A stretch of DNA of 63,254 bases, filler included, from Octopus bimaculoides (lineage: Eukaryota): NCBI RefSeq assembly GCF_001194135.2. It is 5 parts of 4 records of this genome, joined end to end, with 100 filler letters (N's around TTAATTAATTAA, not from the genome) between each part and the next. Parts side by side here need not be neighbours in the genome. Positions count along the whole stretch, not along the records: positions 14,193 to 44,961 come from NC_068986.1; 4 more parts are not named here. One strand, given 5' to 3'. The stretch's first letter is position 1. The number at the start of each line of letters is the position of its first letter. Both the position numbers and the translations under genes were made by a program. A model generated the notes under the pieces. That model was not told where the DNA came from. It worked only from the letters and a program-made list of their open reading frames with translations, and ran no database searches. Positions 26,931-39,951 of the stretch are shown piece after piece.

Positions 26931-28689
26931 GTTATCTTCATATTAAATGGCACTGGCAGTTTCTCTAAATATTTTCACATTTTAATGAAATAATGCAAAA
27001 AAATTGATGAAATCTAATTTTTATATTAAAATAATAAATTTTTTTCCAACTACTATAACAAGTTATTCATGCCCATAGCCTGAAACAGTTTATTCAAAAA
27101 GTTCAAAGATCCAATTCACTACAGATGATACCTGCAAAAAATATCCAATTGTAAAGTGTTTGTAGATTTATTTGAATAATTAAAATCTTGTAAATTATTG
27201 CTTCATCGTTGAAAACTCATTTTTGTATACTGATATAGTCATGTCGGTCAAGCAGACTCTTCTTTCTCCAAACCATTCTATATTCTTCTTTACCTCTAAG
27301 ATAATCCTGATCAAGCAAACCAGTCAGTGGCCAAAAGAATTCCATTCATAAGTATCTTTTTTTCCAGGGCTATCAAGGAATATAGTTTCTAGTGTGTCTT
27401 CTTTTTTTAAGATGACTGAGTGTTGTTATTTGTAGCAGATTGAGCCACCATGCAAAGGCTCCCTTGTTAGCTGGCTGTTATTCTATATTGAATTTATAAG
27501 CATGAGGACTGGTTATGAGAGATGAAATATGGGAAATTTTGATAAACTTGCCTTTAGAAACATAAGTCAAGTGAAATGGTTATAACTAAGAATCAAAATC
27601 TATACTATGAACACAGCTTATCAACTATGGGGCTCATCACTTTGCTAATTGCACATGGTTTAATATTTCAAATGTTATTAGTCTATTTAAATTAATATCA
27701 AATCTATTTGATTTCAGTAAGTTTGGTAAAGAATAATGGTGAAAATTGTTATTGTGATTATTATCATCACTTAGAACTGTAAACTTAATGCTTGAATGGA
27801 TATAATAGAGGATTGTTTTTGTTTTTTTCTTCTTATTTTTATTTCTTTCTAAAGTCACATTCAAAAACTGTTTCATATAATGATCTCTGCAACTAATGGA
27901 GTGAAATATCATTAATCTATTATTGTTATATATTTTCTTTGGTTCTTAAAGCATTTTCTTGCTCTGACATAAATGTTAAAACAACAACACACAAAAAGAT
28001 GTTATTGATGAAATGAAAGGTTTTTGTGGTGAGTCATCCCTTGAAGTAGTTTATTGGTTCTATTCAATATTATTGTGTTAATAAATATTCATATTACTAA
28101 GTGTAATCCACTCACACTTTTAACTCTCACTCTAAAAATACAATATAAACATTTTCAAATCAGCAATATTATTTTTTTCTTTGTTGTTGATATTTCATGC
28201 GTAGTGTTGTTATTTCATATGTAGTAAGTTTATATACACACATATGCATGTATGTATTATACTGCTGTTCGCACACACACAAGCACACACACATCTGTGT
28301 ATTATACTGTGTTTCACACACCTTTTCTAATTTATTTCAACCTATCACTTTCTCCATGACCTATTCCAATTTTCCTTACATTCCTCTAAACCAAAACTCA
28401 GTACTGCCCACACTTCCATCCATGTTCACCAATCACTGCTTTCACCTTAGTCCTCATCTCTACTATCTGTCACTCTCCTTTCACATTCTCTTGAAGGTAC
28501 CCACCCACCCATCCATCCTTGATTCTCTGTCTTCTTGTACCTTGTGGCACACTCTGATAACACATCTCTGCCAGTCTTTCACCATTTCCTACTGGAGCAG
28601 CCAGACACCTGTTGTTCTGCTTTCATACTTTAGCCTCTCAACACCTAGTACAAGGCCGTTACCCTCAACATTGCACTCCCACTTCATCA

Positions 28690-28905
28690 AAAGGTATTTA
28701 TTATCTTGTTAGTTACTTGGTGATCTCATTAGAACTGTTGCCACAAAAAAGAACAAAAAAAACTTAGTACTCTAATGATTGGCACCAGGAAGGACATCCA
28801 GCTGTAGAAACCTTACTGAAGCAGACATTGGAGACCAACATAGTCATCAGGCTTATCTGATCCTTTCAAACCCTCCAATCCATGCCAACATGAAAAGTGA
28901 ACTTT
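28690..28905 (+). mobile_element. Repeat sharing the RTE-type 3' tail
   Basis: agttacttggtgatctc...caggaaggacatccagctgtagaaacc...caatccatgccaacatg, similar to 16770-16945, 31080-31250 and 33755-33945. Confidence 0.65.
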
Positions 28906-29337
28906 TAATTTTGGATTTTACTTTTGACAGCTAAAATTTTCTTTGAAGTGACCCAACATGAGCATATTTCTCTCAGTTTATTATTGTTAGTCCCATAGTT
29001 AACAAAGTTAATAAATGTTTCACCATTTCAATCAGACAAGTGCCTGAATTTGTGGACTGATTAATGAATGGAATTCATAAAATGATTTTGTCAAGAAATA
29101 CTATTAAATTGTCATTCTGCCTCTCCTTTTGCAATTCTAATGGTAACTTTACCTCCTTGATTTAAACAAACATTTCTCACCAGGCCATCCATAAAACTTT
29201 ATATAGGTGAACTTCTCCTCCACTCTGTACCTGTTTCTATTTGTTCACAAGGGTTATGACTAGATGGATATGAGTCTATCATTATATAATCAATATAACA
29301 CTATCATTGCTCTCTTTCATGTATTCAAACATTTATA

Positions 29338-29403
29338 ATTTGTCTCCCATAACATACAGTTGTAAACTGCATTTGTCTCCCATGGCATACAGTTGTAAAC
29401 TGC
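29338..29403 (+). repeat. 33-bp tandem duplication (2 mismatches)
   Basis: atttgtctcccataacatacagttgtaaactgc followed by atttgtctcccatggcatacagttgtaaactgc. Confidence 0.9.
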
Positions 29404-29837
29404 AGAATAAATGTAACGACAACAACACCATTCTTCACTTGTTATACATGCGTACGTATGTGTGTGTGCATGCACACACAAGACCAATAAACACAGCTAT
29501 TTCAAACATCTTTTCTTGTTGATTTCCAAATATTACTTTTCATCAAATAAAATATATTAAAAAAAAAAAAGCAGCAAATTTTTGAAAAGGCAATTTTAAA
29601 AGTATCCTATATTTTGTTTAAACATTGTTTAAACACCATTAACATCAATCTCATGAGAAAATTGACTATAGAGCAGAAACTTAACATACATTACACCTGT
29701 GTATATTATGTTTTTCTTTGTATTTTAAAATTGGTGGTTTTCTGTGCTATTTATACTTCAGCATTTCTTATTGATGTCTCTTTTTTTTTCTTTTTGTGGC
29801 ATCATTATGAAACTATTATGTATTTTCTCTGTAACCT

Positions 29838-30857
29838 ATTATTACTTCTGCCTTAGCAAAGGCACAGGTATTGTTTCGGTCATGTTTGTTGATTGTCCAT
29901 GGACAAGATATCTCAAGAAACACTAGATGGATTCAGATGAAACTTTCAGGGATGTTTGGCCTCGTGACTGGCACAAACTGGTTACATTTTGGGATCGATC
30001 TGGTACTGGACAAGGATTCTGGATTATTTGTTATATTTACTTTACATGAAGTATAATGATCTGACATTGACTTTCAAGTCTTTCTCTGATTATCTCCTTT
30101 GAAAGCACAGTCATGGTTTCCACATAAGTTATGGCAGCGTTGCTGTTTCCAAAGTTTTATTTTCATTTCTCTATTATTAATTTTACTCATGTCTCTATCT
30201 TAGTAAAAACTGATGGATAAAGAAATCAAACTACATAAATAAATGGCAGCAAAACTATTCAGAAATTAAATAACACTAACACATTCAATAACAATAAATT
30301 TAATTTATCCTCGACAATTTTTAGTTTTACCAATTTTGAATATATTGCTCCTATTTAAAACCTCTTACCTACTTGATAATTGCATTTCTAGCTCTGCCTT
30401 GAAGGAAGCTTTACTTCTTAGACTCATGTTGTTACACCTCTGTTAACAGCATCATATGCAGGTCTTTTCTGTTTTCTTTCATGCACGGATAAATCTTTCA
30501 CTATAGACCTTAATGGTAGTAAAGACACTATATCAGTGGATAGATTAAAAAAGGCCTTCATAGAGAAAACTGTCCCTGTTCCCACTGCAGACAATACACA
30601 CACAGCATTACAAACACAGCCTGCACACCCACCTTCACATTCTATGTCTACTATTGGGATCAATTAGGTTACCGGACAAGGATTCTGGATTATTTTTCCG
30701 TTTTTTTTAACTTAATTTTTAAGAGTGGTCAGGTTCATTTTTAGTATTCTCGTTTGTGAGAGCAGTCAAGTTTATTTCAGATATTCTCATTTCAAAAATC
30801 ATCTCCAGGTAATCATTGAGAGGACGATGGTGTTGCCTTGGTGGAGGTTTGTGCTCG
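29838..30857 (+). mobile_element. Non-autonomous Helentron/HINE-like element (or two overlapping halves)
   Basis: 5' hairpin ttattacttctgcctt-agca-aaggcacagg-tattgttt; body motifs gatatctcaagaa, ggattcagatgaaactttcaggga; 3' gccttggtggaggtttgtgctc. A 22-bp direct repeat lies at 30008-30029 and 30674-30695. Family assignment is from recalled consensus patterns. Confidence 0.5.
30400..30655 (+). mobile_element. Ty3/Gypsy integrase C-terminal (GPY/F-region) fragment
   Basis: Frame from 30425: VVTPLLTASYAGLFCFLSCTDKSFTIDLNGSKDTISVDRLKKAF, matching PL...Y.GPF.VL.R.DK.FTI..NG..DTVS.DRLK.A. Confidence 0.72.
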
Positions 30858-31079
30858 TTATTACTTATCTTGCTATTTCCTTAAGTAAATCAGTATTTCA
30901 TCTTTGATACTGTGTATTTTCTTGTGCAAGACAATTTATTCTTCTGCCTTTTTTATGAGACAGCTGTAACTTCGGTGTTTAGCCCCTGCTCCCTCTCTGT
31001 CACATCTTCATCTTTCTCTCCTCTTTCTCCCTCCTCTGAGGAAGCCATGTCTCTTTCTTCTAATACTCCACCTAGTTGA

Positions 31080-31250
31080 GGTCTCTTGTCCTACAAGTTA
31101 CTTGGTGACCTCACTGCTGCTGGTGCCACATAAAATGCACCCAGTACACTTTGTAAAGTGATTGGAGTTAGGAAGAGCATCCAGCTTGCCTGTTCCTGTC
31201 AAACCGTCTAACCCATGCCAGAATGGAAAATGGACATTAAATGATGATGA
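31080..31250 (+). mobile_element. Repeat sharing the RTE-type 3' tail
   Basis: gttacttggtgacctcactgctgctggtgccac...gttaggaagagcatccagc...aacccatgccagaatggaaaatggacattaaatgatgatga. Confidence 0.7.
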
Positions 31251-33754
31251 CTTTCATGGCTGGATTTTAAAAAATTTTCTCAGGAGAACATGTGTAACAT
31301 GTGAAGGGTTTTTATTTATTTTCTTTTAAACGTTAAAAGACGTATTTTGGTAATATTTATATATGCTATGTTCAAACTTTGACCGTTTCTATCATCTTGA
31401 ATTTAATATTTAACTCTAGGTCAGCTCTAATGCGGTAGACCTGTGATTGAAGGCAATCCAGCTGTAATTTTGTTTTTTCATACATAGTGTATCTAGGATT
31501 AACATTATCTAATGCTTTTTTTTATTAAATAGTAGGAAATTTTGCTGCTATTTCTAACAGCTGAGTGATCACATAAATACTCTATTATTGACTTACATTT
31601 CTAAGCAAGGTACTGTATTCATCTTGTCTTAATGTTATATGAGTATTGAGTTCCTTCTCTGAGAAGGCTCACTTGTGTATTATTTTCCAATTCTTTTTGA
31701 AGCTCGGTTCATATTCTTTGCTATTGTACTTTTGAAGTTGATAGGAATTACTAAGATCATTTCTATGTTTGTGAAAATTTAATATTGTTTCTTTTTTGTT
31801 GTTATTCTTCTGGATATATATATATATATACATATATANNNNNNNNNNNNNNNNNNNNNNNNNNNNNNNNNNNNNNNNNNNNNNNNNNNNNNNNNNNNNN
31901 NNNNNNNNNNNNNNNNNNNNNNNNNNNNNNNNNNNNNNATATATATATATACACACACTCCAGCCTCCTTTTAATATCAGTCATATTCATTTTCTTATGG
32001 CATTTCATATTTTTTTTATTTACTTGCTATTAATTACATACTGTCAGTTCATCAATATCAATTTCTTTTCAGTCTACATGACCCATAGGACATCAATATT
32101 TGTCAGTAAAAGCTCATTTTGTATAATGAAAATCACCTTTCTAAAAAAGTGTGTGTATGTCAATACAAGAAGTATTTTGGCCTTTGGTATTAAATTCTGT
32201 TCTATATAATAATGGTAGGTTTTGTTTTTCCCATTCTGAAGTAAAGAAATTTTAATATAAGTTGAAATCAATCCATTAGTTAAATACTGCTTTTATGATA
32301 CACTGTCTTGTGAAATGTGGACAAATGAAAAAAGAGCCGGGCTGCTTATTCTATTAATTTTCCTTGGTGGTGGTACAATTTTAAGTCATTCCTTCATCAT
32401 TTAACCTACTTCCCACTTTGTGTCCTGACCTCAAATAAAAAAAGAACTGATCTTCATGGTTCTTAGTATCAAGAATAAACATAAATTTAAGTAGAATATT
32501 AATTAAATCATGTGAATTAGACTCAACTTAGTCATAAAGTCTCTTGGAATAATACTCAAATAGTAACATATATTGCATGCACATTATTTAACATTTAAAA
32601 CTAGTTGTCTTATGTAATATTTTCACTCTTTTTTCTCTCCTTGACTTTTTATGGCAACATGCAAACAGCCCTATATTTGTAAAGACACTTGGGAAAGACA
32701 TTTGATATATTAACATATAGTGTAGTCTAGTAAACAGTGGGGAAAGCCCAGTGTGGATTGTGTTTTGAGAGGAATAGAAATAGTCAAGATCAGCACATTT
32801 AGTAAAATATATAAGATTCATTTAAATATTTAGTTCACTACTTTTCATATTAAAGATGCTGATAGCCTGGTTGTTATTACCTTATCTTTAGTGACACTAC
32901 TGAAAACAACTTCAAAGGAAAAATAGACCTTCCACTACACATTAATATCAGAGATTTGACTTTATTATATAAAGAAGAGAAGTTGCAACTCAACTATTCA
33001 GTTAATGCAACAATTGTACGTGAAATGTAATTAGGTGTCTGATCGATGATGTGACTAATTGTGTAAACAAGCCAAGTGTAATGTTTATGGGTTTGCTCTA
33101 TTGGTTTAGCAGAATGAATGGAGAAGTGTTTCTTTTTTCCCTCTGTTGTTAATCTATAAAAGTCAGAGCAAGTTGTAGCATAACTAGTACAAAATGGTCT
33201 GCAGAAGTTGTTTTGTGTTTCATTATTAAAGGGAGGTGATGACATTTGGCTTGACAATATTATTGATGTATTGTGAGGAATAAGCTATTCATTTGATGGG
33301 TATTGCAGACTTAAGCTTTGGATTGAATGCAGCTGGTACATTTGAAATATGGTTGTATGTTGGGTAGTGACCAAATATTATTGTACTTGTGTAGAGGGAA
33401 GAAAAAAATGATATTGTGTTCTGTTTTAAACTACTTTCTGATCATAATATAACAGCATCACAGATTTTGTATGAAGTATTTATAAATACAGGTCTGCATT
33501 AATCATTAGCTTGATGACCCAAAAGGAAAATAATCTGGCTAGCTAGTATACATAAAGATTGATAATTGCCACCTTCACTGAATTATCCTCACATTTAAGC
33601 TAACACACACACACACACACACACACACATGGTGAGGTGTAAAACTTTATACTGCTGACATCTTATCATCTATGATTATAGACCACTTAAAAATGTATTA
33701 ATGTATACTGACATCTGATGTTTTTTTCTTCCCTAGTTCTTTATTTCTGTGTTT

Positions 33755-33945
33755 GAGGGTCTTGTCTTGCGAGCTACTTGGCAACATCACTAACATCTGT
33801 GACATGAAAAAGTACCCAGTACACTTTGTAAAGTGGTCAGTGTTAGGAAGGGCATCTCGCCATACAAACCAGGCATTGGAACTTGATGTAGTCCTCTGAT
33901 CTGCTAGATCCTGTCAAACCAACCAACCCATTCCGGCATGGAATA
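33755..33945 (+). mobile_element. Repeat sharing the RTE-type 3' tail
   Basis: cttgtcttgcgagctacttggc...cccagtacactttgtaaagtgg...gttaggaagggcatc...aaccaacccattccggcatgg. Confidence 0.7.
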
Positions 33946-34249
33946 GGTAACTAGATGGCAGTAACAGCAGAGCTAGTATTCACATTAAATTTTGAGTGCT
34001 GGATATTAATTATTACTGCACTAGATTTGCAGCTTCATTATAAATCATACTTATTTTTTTTTAAACATGTTTAATAGAACAGAAGATAAAGACTTGAATT
34101 GAGATTTTTATGTAAAGTGTAACATAATGCCTCTGGATCAGAAATAGCAATAATGATTTCATAACATTCACCAACACTTTAAAGATTTAGTTTATTCTGT
34201 GCTTTTCAGATACTTGTTGAGTAACAAGAAAACTTGTGTGTTAGCTCCA

Positions 34250-35400
34250 TGATTTTTTTTTCCTCAATAACTGGATTAATGCTGGACTGCTCTGGTTTAC
34301 ATCCTTGTTGAAGCTGACTTCTCATCATGTCCCTGCAGCAAATCCATCAGCAGACCCAGAGCTGGATTCCTCAACATGTTGACATTGTGGTGATCACTAA
34401 TGGAACTTTTGCAGTGGAACCAGAATTTGATTGATTTCCTGCAGAGCTCAGTTTTCCAGATGGACTATACTTTCATTTGAAATACTGTCAGTTTGACCCT
34501 CTGCCTCTTTGATAGGAGCATGAATGAAGAGGAGTCAGTAAGTTTAGCATGGTCAACTCATTAAGATAAAGCTATTCATGTAAAATTTCTCCTGGTTCAG
34601 ACATCCATCTGAATAAAAACTCTCAGAATAAACACCACTAAATTTTTTTTTCTTTTTTTCTGTAATACATTGTACATAAAGTTGATACCTGATTGCATGG
34701 GACAATTCTAAAATATCACTCCATCATTTTGAGGCAGCTTTCTTGATTGAAGGACAAGTGTTATTGTTCTCTGTAGAGTTGTATTCAAACGTTGTAGATG
34801 CTGGTGTTGTGGCTATCTGACCTACACAGTTATAAAAAATGTCAAACCTTTTTTATAGTTGTGACAAGTTTTGTTCTTGGCTGCACACTAGAAATTTTAG
34901 TAATAAAAAACTATTATGCTGATATAATTCTGAAATTAAATGTACCTACAGAAAATCAGAAAGACCACAGGTTGTTAATGACTAGTCTGTAGGTTGAGTT
35001 CTTCAAGATAGCAACAGAGTGTTCATTGTTAAAGGGCTCTATCTTTACTGCAGTTCCAGACAGGGCATCGAGGGAGGTCTTTGCATTTTACTGAATAGCT
35101 TCCAGAGAATGAGCTTGAGTAATTGTCTGTTCCAAGTCTGATGAAGAGTTCTCAAAGAGTGTTTATCAAATGTAGTCAGGGGAGATCTCCAATATCATTT
35201 ACAAACTCTAAGATCTAAAATGAACAGTTCTCAAGATTTACTTCTAATAGTAAGCAGAGTGTCTTTATTGGGTTCAAACTAAGAGCAAGGCAAGAAAATT
35301 TAGGAATATGTCAGTTCTATGACTTCTATCTGATGAAGTATCATGTAAGTGGGCCAAAGAATTTTTTTTCCATAATCATTGTTGCATGGCACTAAGGAAA
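34250..35400 (-). mobile_element. Heavily decayed Ty3/Gypsy gag(-protease) remnant
   Basis: LFENSSSDLEQTITQAHSLEAIQ resembles the gag motif RQRLLEN..LDL..A..QA.SLE.AQ. A zinc-knuckle remnant CAAKNKTCHN(Y)KK.G.F..VCRS lies at 34818-34887. Many stops and frameshifts; the limits are approximate. Confidence 0.55.
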
Positions 35401-37732
35401 TTTCTGTCCTGGAATATTTTCTGATTGAACTCTCGAGTTGTAACAAATAAATATTGTGATGAGATTGTTACAAGAATCCTATTGTTTTATTCAGATAAAA
35501 TGTTCAACATGAATATTTGAAACGTAAGTATAGTCATGTTTGTTATTATTGCAAATGGCAGGTTACCAGCCTTCCACTGAAGTATACATAATGCACCTGG
35601 ATTGGAAGTAGTAATAATGATTTCATAGCACATGTAATAAATTTTGTTATACAAGTTTATAATTGATTGAATCAAGCCAAATGTGTTGCTGGTACTTATT
35701 TTATTAACTGTGAAAAGTTAAATGGCCAAGTCTACTTCAAGATATTTCAGCTTAGAACAGACAAAATTAAATATAGTAATGGCATTTTTTCTTGTGGGGG
35801 AGGAGTCCCCTTCTGTAGTGGGGACTAATGGAGATTAAAGGGGCAAGCAAATTGCTATGTTTGATAATATGATGGTTTTTATAAAGCTTTCATTCTGAGA
35901 AATGAGGCTTGTAGAAAGAACTATATTAATACAGAATACTTTTTTTCTCAGGTGGAGGTGCATTTGTCAGTTTGAGAACTTTTTAAGGCACCCTACGTCT
36001 ACCTTTTACTTATCTCAGTTATGGGACTATGGTCATGCTTAATCACCACTTTGAAAGGTTCTGGTGAACAAATCAGCTACAGTTCTTATTTTTCCTAGCA
36101 ATTATCCAACCTGTCTGTTTTTTCCTGAACTACTAAGTTATGGAGGACATGAACAAACTAACAATGGTTATCAAGCAGTAGTTGAGGACAAACTTTGTGG
36201 ATTTAACTGTTTTAATTTCTCGATATTCTTCTTCTTTTCTTCCTTCCAGTGTTAATATTATTTCTCATATTCATGTGTGTGTTTACAATGTTACAGATTG
36301 CAATATTCTATAGCAAAAAACATTTCAGCAATACATGTATGCATGTCTAATATCTTTAGTACACACACACATACGTTTCCAATAAATTCAAGATTCTTAC
36401 ATACAATGAAAAGGAGGAATAACTACAGATTTATTTATGAGGCACAATGTACACACACACGTGTGTCAAATACATATACATTGGTGAGTCTGTACTTATA
36501 ACATACCCAACAACTAAGTTAGTTCAGTAACAGCAAACAAATTCATGTAGATGACTCAGAATTACCAAATCATTAACTTCCTGGGTTTTTTTCTACCTCC
36601 TCCAACCCTAACAGATACACATCATTAAGCTTTTATTATTTATACTTACTAAGTTTTAAAGAAATTTTATGAATTCTGAAATTTCTTTAAAATTTAGTAA
36701 GTAGTGAAAATGAATATATGAAGATGATGGTCATCACCACAGTTAATGTTTTCAGGGATTCCATAAAATATATAAATGTAAAAATTTGAACAAAGCTATA
36801 ATATATATATATATATGTGTTTGTGTGTGTGTGTGTGTGCACATGCATTTGTATATACATATATCATCCTCATCATCATTTAACAACCAAGTTCCATGTG
36901 GTATGGGTCGGATTGTTTGGCAGGATTTCATGGGCCCAAGGATTGTATCATACTCCAGTGTCTGCTTTAGTTAGATGCTGTGTGTATTTTTCATGCCACC
37001 AGCACAAAATGTTGTAGAATGTAAAGAACTAGATTCACTGTTTTAGAAACATCTAATATTCCTAAGTTTCTCAATTCAAATTATACTGGGGTTATAAGTG
37101 CTTTTTATTTCTTGAAATGTAATAACAAATACAGCAAATGAATATTTCTTATATTGTTCTTCCTTATCGTTACCTTTCAGAATATAACCAACCAAAGATG
37201 GTTACCATAAAGATATTGCTCTTTATTTAGCCATCCATACCAGTAACATTTGTATCTTTGTGAATCCAATGTGTTATTTAAAGAAATTTACAAGGAGAAT
37301 AGAAGCAAATGCTTCTGTTCATCAGAAAATAATTGCAACCACTTAAGACAGAGCTAAAAAACTTCAAAGACAGTAAATTTAGAAGAATGAAATATAAATG
37401 AAGTTCACTTAGCAGAAGTGTTGTTTCTTTCTTATTATCCATTACTGTTTAAGACATTGCCTTGATTTCAACTCAAATACAGAAGTAAAGATTAGTTAAA
37501 TCCTAACAAAATTTTATGAGTTGAGATTTATTCCTTTCCATGAAATAAAAAATTTCTTTCTACATTAATCCTTTACCCAAATACTAATATTATATACTTT
37601 TAAATTAATTTTAAACCTATATAGAAGCTGCCAACAATTTGCTATAATATATATATCTCAAAATATAAATTCTAATTTTCTAACTTATAGAAATTTCAAA
37701 CTGTAATTTTAACCAGTATTCACTATCCAGTG

Positions 37733-37925
37733 CATGGCTTAGTGAGTTGGACTCATGATCGTAAGATTGTGCTTTTGATTTCAGGACTGGGTGATACATC
37801 ATGTTCATTTCATGTTACTCCAGTCTACTCAGCTGATGGAAACAAATAATATTGCAACGGATCAGCACTGGGAGGAGGGGAGATGTGCCACAGAAACCAG
37901 GAAACCAGCCCTATGAGTCTATAAG
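37733..37925 (+). mobile_element. tRNA-derived SINE family C, degenerate
   Basis: gcatggcttagtgagttggactcatgatcgtaagattgtg (tRNA-like head)...ttactccagtctactcagctg...gccacagaaaccaggaaacc. Confidence 0.6.
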
Positions 37926-38471
37926 ACTCAAGAAAGAGCTTTAATCAAGGGTAGCAAAAGGTGCACTGAATTGACAATGGGGAAGAATTTCACATGTAAT
38001 ACACTCAAAGGAGTGCACAAAGAATGCCTAGACAACTCATTAGAAGTAGTTCATGTCTTGTTATTTAGATGTACTAATAAATAAACCTTTGCTGTCGTCA
38101 TTTCTCCTGTCAACAAATTGTCTGTTCACTTTGCACCTTTGCTGATGAATGAAACAAAAGATTCCTTACTTGAAACAGAGTTAAGGATTAGCAACATGAA
38201 TGGCATCCAGCTCTAAACCAATGCTTTAATATTTCATCTCCCTCTATTTCTCACTACACACACACATAAAACTAACAGAAGTTATTTTTAGGAAAATTAA
38301 TTATTGAATTATAAAATAAACCTCATGAAGAGAGAGAAAAGTGGTTTTCCTACTATATTTTCCTTTCACCACAAAATAGCATTTTTACTAAAGACACTTT
38401 TACAGAATAAAATTAAGACACTTTTGTAGAGTAAAATTAAGAATTATATTAAGTTCTACAACTATATCAAT

Positions 38472-38943
38472 GTTCTTTTCTACTCTAGGCACAAGGCCCA
38501 AAATTTTGGGGGAGGGAGCCAGTCGATTAGATTGACCCCAGTACACAAATGGTACTTAATTTATCAACCCTGAAAGGATGAAAGGCAAAGTCGAATTTGA
38601 AAGGCTAAGTCAAACTTGGCAGAATTTGAACACAGAACGTAAAGACAGATGAAATACCACTAAGCATTTCACCTGACATGCTAACGTTTCTACTAGCTTG
38701 CTACCTTACAATCATATCAATTTTTTTTTCTACTCTAGGCACAAGGCCCCCCAATTTTTTTTTTGGGGGGGGGGCAGTCGATTAGATCGACCTTAGTACG
38801 CAACTGCTACTTAATTTCTCAACCCCCAAAAGGATGAAAGGGAAAGTTGACCTTGGCGGAATTTGAACTCAGAACGTAAAGGCAGACGAAATACCGCTAA
38901 GCATTTCACCCGACATGCTAACGTTTCCAGCAGCTTGCCATCT
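38472..38943 (-). mobile_element. Two tandem near-full-length SINE family A copies (38472-38706, 38722-38943)
   Basis: Each has an A-box/B-box head on the minus strand, the core ctttcatcctttc.ggg..gataaattaagta and a tail ccttgtgcctagagtagaaaa. They are flanked and separated by three copies of a 15-bp motif. Confidence 0.9.
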
Positions 38944-39902
38944 TACAACCATATCAATATTGAGAGAGAAATTACATAGAAAAGACAAAATGAAGCAATA
39001 CACATAGTTGAATAAATGAAATATTTATTCTATAAGCATGTTTAAAATAAATTAAATCTCTAGAACTGTTCCTTTAAAATCTTACAGCTTCTAAAATAAT
39101 TTGAAGTATAGAATATATCAAGGCCTGATTTGGGAAAAGAAACCAAATATCTAATATTATACTAAGTTGCCATATATATTATGTGAATAAGATATGCAGA
39201 TACCATTCAGTTTTTTAGCATTAATTTCTTTAAACAACTTATTTCACATTCAGAATTTTATCATTCTGTACATCAACATTTCAAATGGAACATTAACATT
39301 TGCAAAGTTTATACTGTCACCTATGAGCCTATAGAGATTTCCATTTTTCTTTTCCTTTTATTATTATTGTCAATGATAAAAAGTACACATAAAAAAGTTC
39401 AAGAATAGAAAATAATCTTAGTTAATCCAGTTTGGCTGAATTTCTCAAAGGAAAAAAAACCTTCAACATTTAAAAAACTTGTCTGTGGCTAAAAAAAAGC
39501 CAAATTTAATTTTCTACAAAACAGTATTTACCAAAAGTACCAAGCTGTTTATTGATATAAACAAAGGAACTCTTTGTTGATATCTGAAGTTCTAGGACTT
39601 TACCAGACTGTATAGAAACTAAGTTACATTATTTCAGTCAAAGTTATTTATTTTTGATTTAATGTATCTGCAAGCACCATTTATGGAAAGCAACATCTTA
39701 CTCACACACAAAAAATGGGGTATTGCTAGACCAGACAAAAATGCATTGTGGTAATTTGTTCTGTATTGGTTGTGTTACTGCTTTACATTGCTGAATCAAT
39801 GAGTACCAAAGTAATGAAATTAATAGAAGCTATATAACTGGGCACAACATTTTGGGAGGTGGTGCCCTAGCATGGCTGCTGTCTCCTACCTGAATGCAGT
39901 TG

Positions 39903-39949
<47 letters not shown>

Positions 39950-39951
<2 letters not shown>

